NCBI GenBank assembly: GCA_033764315.1
Contig: JANRJA010000065.1
Span: forward strand, 1 to 64,000
From: Oculatellaceae cyanobacterium bins.114
Lineage (GTDB): Bacteria > Cyanobacteriota > Cyanobacteriia > Elainellales > Elainellaceae
DNA: 64,000 bases
Direction of reading: 5' to 3'
Under the pieces are notes generated by a model. That model saw only the letters and a program-made list of their open reading frames with translations, was not told the DNA's origin and ran no database searches. The position numbers and the translations under genes are program-made. This document shows, piece by piece, positions 31,650 to 40,364 of the stretch (positions are counted from its first letter, which is position 1; every line of letters begins with the position of its first letter).

Positions 31650-32813
31650 ATGACGGCTTTCATTCCCTACGGACGGCAAGACATTACTCAGCACGATATT
31701 GATGCTGTGGTTGAAGTACTGCAATCGGATTGGATTACCCAAGGCCCAACAATTGATCGTTTTGAACAGGCAGTTGCCGCTTATTGTAGAGTCCAATATG
31801 CAGTTGCTGTTTCGAGTGCTACAGCCGCATTGCATATCGCTTGTCTTGCCGCTGGATTAGGCAATGGAGACTATCTCTGGACTTCACCTAACACCTTTGT
31901 TGCCTCAGCAAACTGTGGTTTGTACTGTGGGAGCAAGGTCGATTTTGTCGATATTGACCCCCAAACCTATAATCTGAGCGTTGCTGAACTAAAACGGAAA
32001 TTGAGATGGGCGGAGGAACAAGGCTGTTTACCCAAACTTGTGATTCCAGTTCATCTGGCAGGCCAATCGTGTGAGATGGAGGCGATCGCCTCTCTTGCCC
32101 AAAAATATCAGTTTTGTGTGATTGAAGATGCCTCTCATGCGATTGGTGGACGGTATCAGCAACAACCCATTGGCTCCTGTCAATTTTCAGATATGACGGT
32201 ATTCAGCTTTCATCCTGTGAAGATTATCACGACGGGTGAAGGTGGCATGGTGTTGACCAATCGGGCCGACCTGTACGAAAACCTAATCCGCTTGAGGACG
32301 CATGGCATCACCCGCAATCCCAACTTGATGCAGGGAGAGTCGCATGGCCCCTGGTACTACCAACAAATTGAGTTGGGCTTTAATTACCGCATGACGGATA
32401 TTCAAGCGGCGTTAGGGTTAAGCCAATTGCAACGGCTTGACGAATTTGTGCGGCGACGACGATTTTTAGCCGATCGCTACAACCAATTACTGCAAGATTT
32501 GCCGATTATCTTGCCCTGGCAACATCCCGACACAGAATCTAGCTTTCACCTCTATGTCATTCGTCTCAAGCTCGACAAGATTGAGAAAACCCATCGGCAA
32601 GTGTTTGAAGCATTGCGTCGCTGGAATATTGGAGTTAATCTCCATTACATTCCCATTCACATCCACCCTTACTATCAGCAATTGGGGTTTCAATGGGGTG
32701 ATTTTCCCACAGCAGAACACTACTATCAAGAAGCCATTACCCTGCCCATCTATTCTGGATTAACTGAGGACGATCAAGATAGAATTGTCGCCATCTTGCG
32801 GGAGATTTTATGA
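31650..32813 (+). CDS. pseC: UDP-4-amino-4,6-dideoxy-N-acetyl-beta-L-altrosamine transaminase
   Basis: IPYGRQDI, EDASHA, FSFHPVKIITTGEGG; follows pseB. Confidence 0.93.
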   Translation: MTAFIPYGRQDITQHDIDAVVEVLQSDWITQGPTIDRFEQAVAAYCRVQYAVAVSSATAALHIACLAAGLGNGDYLWTSPNTFVASANCGLYCGSKVDFVDIDPQTYNLSVAELKRKLRWAEEQGCLPKLVIPVHLAGQSCEMEAIASLAQKYQFCVIEDASHAIGGRYQQQPIGSCQFSDMTVFSFHPVKIITTGEGGMVLTNRADLYENLIRLRTHGITRNPNLMQGESHGPWYYQQIELGFNYRMTDIQAALGLSQLQRLDEFVRRRRFLADRYNQLLQDLPIILPWQHPDTESSFHLYVIRLKLDKIEKTHRQVFEALRRWNIGVNLHYIPIHIHPYYQQLGFQWGDFPTAEHYYQEAITLPIYSGLTEDDQDRIVAILREIL

Positions 32814-33559
32814 TGAAAACCGCTGCTATTATTCAGGCACGTATGGGGTCAACTCGTCTGCCAGGAAAGGTAATGAAGTCGCTCTGTGGAAAGACGGTTT
32901 TGTCTCATGTCATCACACGAGTGAAAGCTTGTTCTCTGGTGGATGAAATTATTGTGGCTACGACAACCTCTGATGATGCTGAGGCAATTGTTTTAGAAGC
33001 AGAAAAAGCAGGTGTTAATTGGTTTAGAGGCAGCGAAGATAATGTTTTGGAGCGGTATTATTTAGCTGCACAGCACTATCAAGTAGATCTCATTGTACGA
33101 GTCACCTCTGACTGCCCACTGTTTGATCCAGAAGTGTTAGAAAGTTTGCTGGATTATTTTCATATGATGACGGATGTAGGGTTATTCATTGACTATACCA
33201 GTAACACACTGACTCGCAGTTATCCTATTGGCTTAGATGCGGAGGTGTTTACATTTAGCACTCTAGAAAATGCTTACAATAATGCTACAAAACCTTATGA
33301 AAAGGAGCATGTGACTCCTTATATTTATCAACATCCTGAAATTTTTGCATTACACAATCAACACTACGATGAAGACCTATCTAGTTATCGTTGGACGCTA
33401 GATACGCCTGAAGACTTTCAATTTATTGAAGCTGTTTATCAGGCGTTATATCAGCCCGATCGCCTCTTTACAATGGATGATATTTTGGAGTTGTTGGAGA
33501 AAAACCCCAGTCTAACCCAAATCAACGCCCACATTCGACAGAAGAAATTAGGAGAGTAA
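32810..33559 (+). CDS. SpsF-type acylneuraminate cytidylyltransferase (PseF role)
   Basis: IIQARMGSTRLPGKV, RVTSDCP, EHVTPY, RWTLDTPED. Confidence 0.85.
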   Translation: MMKTAAIIQARMGSTRLPGKVMKSLCGKTVLSHVITRVKACSLVDEIIVATTTSDDAEAIVLEAEKAGVNWFRGSEDNVLERYYLAAQHYQVDLIVRVTSDCPLFDPEVLESLLDYFHMMTDVGLFIDYTSNTLTRSYPIGLDAEVFTFSTLENAYNNATKPYEKEHVTPYIYQHPEIFALHNQHYDEDLSSYRWTLDTPEDFQFIEAVYQALYQPDRLFTMDDILELLEKNPSLTQINAHIRQKKLGE

Positions 33560-34173
33560 TGAGATCTAAAACAGAACAAGAACTCTTTTGGGAAGGGCAG
33601 TTTGGTAATGATTATACTCAACGCAATGATGTTTTATGGGAACAACGGCAACCCTTTTTTGCGACTGTTTTAAGCAAAACGTTTGGAGTCAAAACTATTT
33701 GTGAATTAGGAGCAAATCGGGGACATAACCTTGAAGCGATCGCCCATCTTAGCTCCAATTTCGAGTTAACTGGAGTTGAGCTAAATCCATCTGCGTTAGC
33801 AAGTTTAAAGGCTATCCCAACTGTGAATGCAGTTCATTCATCGATTCAAGAATTTCAGCCAAACCAAACGTTTGATCTGGTTTTCACCTGTGGTGTCCTA
33901 ATTCACATCAATCCAGATGATCTACCCCTGGTTTATCAAAAGATTTTTGACCTTTCGAGCCGATATATTCTCATCAATGAATACTTCAACCCTGCCCCTG
34001 TAGAGCTAAGTTATCGCGGGCATTCGGAGAAGCTATTCAAACGAGATTTTGCCAAAGAATTCATTGACCAAACCCAACACGTATCTGTTGTGGATTATGG
34101 TTTCTTGTGGCAACAAGTTAATCCCTCCTGGGACAATACCACCTGGTTCTTAATGGAGAAAACCGCTGAATGA
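33559..34173 (+). CDS. Pseudaminic acid biosynthesis-associated methylase
   Basis: TEQELFWEGQFGNDY, ELGANRG, GVLIHINP, LFKRDFA, TWFLMEK. Confidence 0.88.
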   Translation: MRSKTEQELFWEGQFGNDYTQRNDVLWEQRQPFFATVLSKTFGVKTICELGANRGHNLEAIAHLSSNFELTGVELNPSALASLKAIPTVNAVHSSIQEFQPNQTFDLVFTCGVLIHINPDDLPLVYQKIFDLSSRYILINEYFNPAPVELSYRGHSEKLFKRDFAKEFIDQTQHVSVVDYGFLWQQVNPSWDNTTWFLMEKTAE

Positions 34174-34176
34174 GTT

Positions 34177-34809
34177 ATGGCTGAAAATCAACGACTAGTC
34201 GGTATTGTCAACTATGGCATGGGCAATCTTCGCTCAGTGGCCAATGCGATCGCCTCCCTCCAGTTTCCTGTTCAAATTGTTGATCACCCTACCGAACTGA
34301 GCCAATTCAGCCATATTATCTTGCCTGGTGTTGGGGCATTTGGGGATGCAATGAACAATCTGCAAACTCAAGGTTGGATTTCTGCTTTAGAGCGGGAAGT
34401 TAGGGAGAACAAAAAGCCATTTTTAGGAATTTGTTTGGGGATGCAGCTATTAGCCACCGTGGGTAAAGAACACGGTAGTCATAAAGGATTGGATTGGGTT
34501 TCTGGCACAGTAGAGCGGCTCCAATCTGATGATCCAGATATTCGGATTCCCCATATCGGTTGGAATGATGCTCAGATTTTGAAATCAGAAAGTCTGTATG
34601 CTGGGTTTACCAAAACACCTGCCTTTTACTTCGTCCATAGCTATGTGTTGATACCTAGCGATCGCACCATTGTCAGTGCCACTACGTCTCATGGAACGGA
34701 GTTTGTCACCAGCATCGAATTTGATAATATCTATGCCACCCAGTTTCATCCTGAAAAGAGCCAAAAAGCAGGATTAGCGTTGCTCAAAAACTTTCTAGGT
34801 AGCACCTAG
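34177..34809 (+). CDS. hisH: HisH-like glutamine amidotransferase (glycan cluster paralogue)
   Basis: NYGMGN, LPGVGAF, GICLGMQ, QFHPEKS. Confidence 0.9.
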   Translation: MAENQRLVGIVNYGMGNLRSVANAIASLQFPVQIVDHPTELSQFSHIILPGVGAFGDAMNNLQTQGWISALEREVRENKKPFLGICLGMQLLATVGKEHGSHKGLDWVSGTVERLQSDDPDIRIPHIGWNDAQILKSESLYAGFTKTPAFYFVHSYVLIPSDRTIVSATTSHGTEFVTSIEFDNIYATQFHPEKSQKAGLALLKNFLGST

Positions 34810-34869
34810 CTCCCCGGCTGCTCGAAGCAGCCGGGGAGCTAAAAGACACCTCTCTAGTTGATAAAAACC

Positions 34870-35658
34870 ATGCTTAAAAAACGTTTGATCCCAATTCTTC
34901 TATTAAAAAATGGATTACTCATTCGCAGTGAGCTATTCAAAATTCATCAAATCATTGGCAACCCTATTCATGAAGTGCAACGGTTTAATGAATGGAATGT
35001 CGATGAATTAATTTATTTGGATATTAGCCGCGACGATCAATACGATTCACGACGCGATGATCACAAAATTAAGAACCTAACCAATCCCCTTGATATTTTG
35101 GACGAGGTGAGCAAAACCTGCTTTATGCCGTTGACCTGGGGTGGTCGCATTCGCACTGTGGATGATATGCGGCAACGCATTAGCCGAGGAGCTGACAAAA
35201 TTACGCTGAATACAACGGCTGTGCGATCGCCAGAATTAATGACCCAAGGAGCCACTGTTTTTGGGAGTCAGGCGATCGTCGTCAGTATTGATGTCTTACG
35301 TCACCCTGATGGACAAACCGAGGTTTTTATTGATGGGGGGCGGGAAGCAACGGGCAAAAAGCCTGAAGAGTGGGCACGAGAGGTAGAGCAACGCGGAGCA
35401 GGGGAAATCTTACTCAACAGCATCGATCGCGATGGCACAGGCAAAGGCTATGATCTTGCTTTGATTAGTAGCGTTGCAGCAGCTACCACAATTCCGGTGA
35501 TCGCTTGCGGTGGGGTTGGACGCTATGAACACTACGCCGAGGGCATTCGGGCTGGGGCGGCAGCGGTTGCCGCTGCTAATATTTGGCACTTTAAGGAACT
35601 ATCAGATAAAGGCGGCAAACGAGCCTTAGCCAAAGCAGGAATTGACGTCCGGCTCTAG
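34870..35658 (+). CDS. hisF: HisF-like cyclase (WbuZ/AglZ type)
   Basis: [37 protein letters not shown]. Confidence 0.88.
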   Translation: MLKKRLIPILLLKNGLLIRSELFKIHQIIGNPIHEVQRFNEWNVDELIYLDISRDDQYDSRRDDHKIKNLTNPLDILDEVSKTCFMPLTWGGRIRTVDDMRQRISRGADKITLNTTAVRSPELMTQGATVFGSQAIVVSIDVLRHPDGQTEVFIDGGREATGKKPEEWAREVEQRGAGEILLNSIDRDGTGKGYDLALISSVAAATTIPVIACGGVGRYEHYAEGIRAGAAAVAAANIWHFKELSDKGGKRALAKAGIDVRL

Positions 35659-35771
35659 CTTATCTAAAGCTCTACAAAAAGCGGTATGATTCCCGCAGTA
35701 TTTGGTAGGGTGCGTTGCTCAACGCACCAACACACCCAAGTTTTGATGCACTCATCAATCTATATCCACCC

Positions 35772-36950
35772 ATGCCAGTCCAATACTGTACTCGATGTGT
35801 TTATCCTGCTGTTAGCGCGGCTCCTCTCACCTTTGATGAACATGGCGTGTGTTCGGGTTGTCGAGTCCACGACCAGAAAAAAAATATTGACTGGGAGCAA
35901 CGCTGGCAGTGGCTCAAAGAGTTAGCCGATGAATATCGCAGTAGCAGCAACTACGATATTGTGATTCCCGTCAGTGGTGGCAAAGACAGCTATTTTCAAA
36001 CCCATGTGGCGGTCAAAGAATTGGGGCTAAAGCCTTTGCTCGTCACCTATCACGGTAATAACTACTTGCCGGAAGGTGAGTACAACCTCTATCGGATGCG
36101 CGAGGTATTTGATTGCGACCACATCATTGTGCGCCCTGGTGTAGACACCCTCATCAAGATGAATCGCTTGGGTTTTAAGCTTCAGGGTGATATGAATTGG
36201 CACGGTCACTGTGGCATTTTTACAGTACCGATTCAGGTGGCAGTGCGCTATAAAGTACCGCTCATGCTGTGGGGTGAACATGGATTTATGGATTTGGGTG
36301 GCATGTATTCCTACAACGATTTGGTAGAATTTACTGCCAAGTTTCGCTTAGAACATGCGCTGCGGGGCTATGACTGGGATGATTTTACAGATGAAGGTTT
36401 AGAGACATTAGGACGAGCTGAACTCAAAGAGGGGTTGACCGCTAAAGATTTGTTGTGGGCACAGTATCCCTCCGACGACGAAATTGATGAAGTGGAGGTA
36501 CGGGGGATTTACCTCAGCAATTTTGTTAATTGGGAGGCCAACGAACACTCGAAACTTGTCATGCAGCATTACGGCTGGAAACCGGCTCAACAACCTTTTG
36601 AACGCACCTACCGAACAATTTCTAACCTGGACGACATGCACGAAAACGGCATTCACGACTATCTCAAGTTCATCAAGTTTGGCTATGGACGTGGCTCTGA
36701 TCATGCCTGTAAAGACATTCGGGCAGGGGCGATGACTCGTGAACAAGGTATCGAAATGGTTCGCCAGTATGATCATGTCAAACCCCGACGCGATCTGGAG
36801 CGATGGCTAGAGTATGTCGGGATGGCCGAAGAGGAGTTTGATACGATCTGCGATACCTTCCGCGATTCGCGAGTCTGGCGTATCGAGGATGGGCAGTGGG
36901 TCAAAGACAATATTTGGGGCGAACCCTCTGGCTATGGTGTGGTTCACTAA
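35772..36950 (+). CDS. N-acetyl sugar amidotransferase (WbuX/PseA-like)
   Basis: YCTRCVYP, GVCSGC, PP-loop SGGKDS, KFGYGR; ATG 35772. Confidence 0.9.
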   Translation: MPVQYCTRCVYPAVSAAPLTFDEHGVCSGCRVHDQKKNIDWEQRWQWLKELADEYRSSSNYDIVIPVSGGKDSYFQTHVAVKELGLKPLLVTYHGNNYLPEGEYNLYRMREVFDCDHIIVRPGVDTLIKMNRLGFKLQGDMNWHGHCGIFTVPIQVAVRYKVPLMLWGEHGFMDLGGMYSYNDLVEFTAKFRLEHALRGYDWDDFTDEGLETLGRAELKEGLTAKDLLWAQYPSDDEIDEVEVRGIYLSNFVNWEANEHSKLVMQHYGWKPAQQPFERTYRTISNLDDMHENGIHDYLKFIKFGYGRGSDHACKDIRAGAMTREQGIEMVRQYDHVKPRRDLERWLEYVGMAEEEFDTICDTFRDSRVWRIEDGQWVKDNIWGEPSGYGVVH

Positions 36951-37039
36951 ATTCTTAGATCCTCCCTAACCCTCCTTAAAAAGGAGGGGATCGGAAGTCC
37001 TCTTCTAAAAATCTTTTGTACTTATTCAAATGTATAACC

Positions 37040-38035
37040 ATGCTCAAAGAATCAGAGATTCGACCCGATGAATTGATGAAGGATCAAGCTGCACGACTTG
37101 CGGCTGATATTCGACGCTTGTTACAGCACAAGCATGAGTTTGTTATTGTGAATTGTCCAGCATGTGATTTTGCTCAGAGCCATAAAATCTACGAAAAATA
37201 CGAGATTCAATTCGTGAGTTGTGAGGTATGCGAGACGGTGTATGCTAACCCTCGACCTCAACCTGAACATTTAGACGAATACTATCGAGAATCGGAAAAT
37301 TACGCTTATTGGAATCAATACATTTTTCCAGCTTCTGAAGCGGCTCGACGTGAAAAAATCTTTAAGCCACGAGTGCAAAAAGTGCTCGATATTTGTCGTC
37401 GCTTTGATGTACCGACCCATACCCTTTTAGAGGTTGGTGCAGGGTTTGGCATCTTTTGTGAAGAGATACAAAAAACAGGAGTATTTCAACAAGTTATTGG
37501 AGTTGAACCGACGCCAGATCTAGCTCAGACGTGTCGCGATCGCGGTCTTACCATTATCGAAAAGCCGATTGAGCAGATTCACTTTGGCTCTGAACCCATC
37601 AATGTAATTGTTAACTTTGAGGTAATTGAGCATCTATTTTCACCACGCGAATTTTTGGTGAAATGCTATGAATTACTATCTCCTGGTGGCATCTTTATTG
37701 TTACTTGCCCTAATGTCAAAGGATTTGATATTGTTACCCTCAAAGAGCAGTCAAGCGCGGTAGATAATGAACACTTGAATTTATTTAACCCTAACTCTTT
37801 ATCTCAGCTATTAGCATCTTGTGGCTTTGAGGTGATTGAGCAGCAAACCCCCGGACGCTTAGATGCAGAACTAGTCCGTAAAAAGGTTTTATCGGGTGAG
37901 TTTGATATTAGTCAGCAACCGTTTCTCAAGCAAGTATTAATTGACGAATGGGAAACTAAAGGTGAAGCATTTCAAAATTTCTTATCGGATAACAACCTCT
38001 CGTCTAATATGCTGCTAGTTGCTAGAAAATATTAG
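37040..38035 (+). CDS. Class I SAM-dependent methyltransferase with N-terminal Cys motifs
   Basis: CPAC..CEVC, LEVGAGFG, EVIEHL. Confidence 0.85.
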   Translation: MLKESEIRPDELMKDQAARLAADIRRLLQHKHEFVIVNCPACDFAQSHKIYEKYEIQFVSCEVCETVYANPRPQPEHLDEYYRESENYAYWNQYIFPASEAARREKIFKPRVQKVLDICRRFDVPTHTLLEVGAGFGIFCEEIQKTGVFQQVIGVEPTPDLAQTCRDRGLTIIEKPIEQIHFGSEPINVIVNFEVIEHLFSPREFLVKCYELLSPGGIFIVTCPNVKGFDIVTLKEQSSAVDNEHLNLFNPNSLSQLLASCGFEVIEQQTPGRLDAELVRKKVLSGEFDISQQPFLKQVLIDEWETKGEAFQNFLSDNNLSSNMLLVARKY

Positions 38036-38038
38036 AGG

Positions 38039-39064
38039 ATGGTTATTCTGATTCGAGCCGATGCATCAGTGGCAATCGGCACAGGTCATATCATGCGCTG
38101 TCTGGCTCTGGCACAAGGTTTACAGTCAGCAGGTCATTACCCGATTGTTGTCGCGGCTCAAATCACCCCCAATTTAGTCAGCCGTCTTCAAACATTAGAC
38201 ATTCAGCTCATTAACATTCCGCATGAACTGGGTAGTTTGGATGATGCTCAGGCAACGATCGCCCTGGCTCGTCTACAGCAAACCAGTTGGATGATTGTCG
38301 ATGGCTATCACTTTGGCGCAGAGTATCAACGCTGGATCAAATCGGCAGGCTTGAACCTACTGTTTTTTGATGACTATCAACATGCCACTCATTACTATGC
38401 GGATCTGGTGCTGAATCAAAATGTCTATGCTCACCCAGAGCTTTATGCTAACCGTGAGCCTGACACTCAACTGCTATTAGGCACTCGCTATGCCCTACTC
38501 AGGCCAGAGTTTTTGCAATGGCAGGGTTGGCAGCGATCGCCCAATCCTGCCGCAAACAAGATTTTGATCACGATGGGAGGGGCTGACCCAGACAACGTAA
38601 CGCTAAAGATTTTGCAAGCCATTCAGCACATCAACTGCAAGTTGGAGGTCATTGTTGTCATTGGAGGCAGCAATCCTCATCGGGAGTCGCTTCAACAGGT
38701 GATTCAATCATCTCGCCACTCGGTTCATTTGAAGCAAAATGTGACCAATATGCCCGAACTGATGGCATGGGCAGATGTGGCGATCGCCGCAGGGGGCACA
38801 ACCTCTTGGGAACTCGCCTTCATGGGTCTGCCAACGTTAATGCTGATCTTGGCAGAGAACCAACGGGCGATCGCTGAAAAATTGGGCGAATTAGGAGTTG
38901 TGGTCAACCTGAGGTGGCATCAGGATGTAACAACGGAGGCGATCGCGACGACATTGACTGAGCTTCTTTCTAACCCTGCCAAATGCCGTGACATGACGCA
39001 GCGAAGCCAAAGCCTGGTAGATGGCAAAGGGGTTGAACGAGTTTTGGAATGTTTGGTGAACTGA
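38039..39064 (+). CDS. pseG: UDP-2,4-diacetamido-2,4,6-trideoxy-beta-L-altropyranose hydrolase
   Basis: IRADAS..IGTGHIMRCLALA, VDGY, TMGGAD, AGGTTSWE, AENQ. Confidence 0.92.
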   Translation: MVILIRADASVAIGTGHIMRCLALAQGLQSAGHYPIVVAAQITPNLVSRLQTLDIQLINIPHELGSLDDAQATIALARLQQTSWMIVDGYHFGAEYQRWIKSAGLNLLFFDDYQHATHYYADLVLNQNVYAHPELYANREPDTQLLLGTRYALLRPEFLQWQGWQRSPNPAANKILITMGGADPDNVTLKILQAIQHINCKLEVIVVIGGSNPHRESLQQVIQSSRHSVHLKQNVTNMPELMAWADVAIAAGGTTSWELAFMGLPTLMLILAENQRAIAEKLGELGVVVNLRWHQDVTTEAIATTLTELLSNPAKCRDMTQRSQSLVDGKGVERVLECLVN

Positions 39065-39168
39065 GGTTTATCCAGAGAGACGCGATTAATCGCGTTTGTC
39101 CTACTGATGGTTTGTCCTAACTGAATGGGCTATGGCTACAGTTAGCGATAAGTTAGCTACAACGATAT

Positions 39169-39430
39169 TTTGAGTGTGATTCAGATCACTTAGAGTTCCT
39201 TCGTTGCGGCTCAGAGTCCTTTCATTGCCACTTTGAGTGTGATTCAGATCACTTGGATTCCCTTCGTTGTCTTGTCGAGTTCTTCCGTTGCCGCTTTGAG
39301 TGTGATTCAGATCACTTGGATTCCCTTCGTTGCCGCTCAAAGTATCTTCGTTGGGAGTCAAAGTAACTCCGTTGACACTCTCGGCTGCTTCGATGGCATT
39401 CAAAGAGGCTTCATTCCCGCTCGACATCAC
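39169..39430. repeat. 21-bp-periodic degenerate array containing three 63-bp higher-order units
   Basis: TTTGAGTGTGATTCAGATCACTT at 39169, 39232 and 39295; TTCGTTG-like core every 21 bp; minus frame is stop-free (ORF 39101..39439). Confidence 0.85.
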
Positions 39431-39570
39431 AAAATTCACTGAGTCTCTATCTCTAATGAGATGTTTTTCCAGTGCTGCTACGGAGTTACTGATCTACTAA
39501 TTAAGGGAATTTCAAGAGATAGGTAACGCACCCATAAACGGTGCATCTCAACATTCCAAGGAGTCAATTC

Positions 39571-40044
39571 ATGACCATTCGTACAATCGATGCAACCCTA
39601 TCCTCAACGGATGTTGCAGAGGTTCTCACTGCTCTAGAAACAGTTCGCCAAAAGCTCTCATTTTTAATGGGTTTGACTCCAACTGAACGACGCCAATTGG
39701 CGAAATTAGGACTTAAATCGCAAACCTTTGTCGTTAAAGCTCTTGATGTTGCTACTCAATATTCCAATTTAATGCCTCGTTGCCTTAACATTGACGAAGC
39801 TCGTCGAGATTTAGCCCTGTTTGAAGCTTTAAACCCTGTCCTACAATCGCTGAGCCAACTACGAGAATTGGTTGAAGATACGCAAATGGTGGCAGGCAGT
39901 GAAGCCTATGCCGCTGCACGAGTTGCCTATAGCTCCATCAAAACGGTTGGTAAAAGCATGGGTCTGGATGAAGTTAAAGATGACCTAGCACAGCGGTTTC
40001 GTAAGACTCGTAAAGTTCAGCCTCAAACTGAACCACAACATTAG
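39571..40044 (+). CDS. Conserved-looking helical hypothetical protein (157 aa)
   Basis: AAGGAG RBS; motifs L.FL..LTP.ERR.L.K.G.K and DT...AGSEAY.AA...Y. Confidence 0.8.
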   Translation: MTIRTIDATLSSTDVAEVLTALETVRQKLSFLMGLTPTERRQLAKLGLKSQTFVVKALDVATQYSNLMPRCLNIDEARRDLALFEALNPVLQSLSQLRELVEDTQMVAGSEAYAAARVAYSSIKTVGKSMGLDEVKDDLAQRFRKTRKVQPQTEPQH

Positions 40045-40112
40045 AGATAGAAGTTAAAGATGAATAGGGGCGATCGCTTGATAATGGGGGAGCGATCGCT
40101 TTTTTGTTCTCA

Positions 40113-40310
40113 TTAACCTGATACCCATTTGAATTGGCTTCGCTGCATATGATTCCGTAAGGGCGTTTCGCGAAACGCCCCTGCCCAAGGATCTGCCACA
40201 ATCAAAAATTAAATCGGTATGAGTTTGGGATAAGGATTTTGGCGGTTGAAACCGCTGCTACACGAGCAAAACCAACCTGAGTCGGTTCAGTAAATCTTTG
40301 ATTTTGGTGG
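40113..40310 (+). mobile_element. Truncated MITE (2131/48530 family) with a 98-bp element (40122..40219) inserted in its terminal repeat
   Basis: TAACC-TGA-[TACCCATTTGAATT...AATTAAATCGGTA]-TGA-GTTTGGGATAAGG; 3-bp TGA duplication; inner REP-like GGGCGTTTCGCGAAACGCCC. Confidence 0.75.
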
Positions 40311-40332
40311 CATTTGGGGCAGCGACTATAAT
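40304..40332 (+). promoter_or_regulatory. Candidate sigma70-type promoter for mod
   Basis: TTGGTG-17 bp-TATAAT ending 33 bp before the ATG; -35 lies in the MITE remnant. Confidence 0.35.
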
Positions 40333-40364
40333 TGAGGGCAGATGTTTGATCCTCAGTGCTTTCT

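Noticed and set aside
34177..35658. Histidine biosynthesis operon
   Set aside because: No other his genes; adjacency to a WbuX-like amidotransferase indicates glycan modification.
39169..39430. CRISPR array or DGR template repeat
   Set aside because: Intervening sequences follow the same 21-bp period; no cas or reverse transcriptase gene and no matching variable region.
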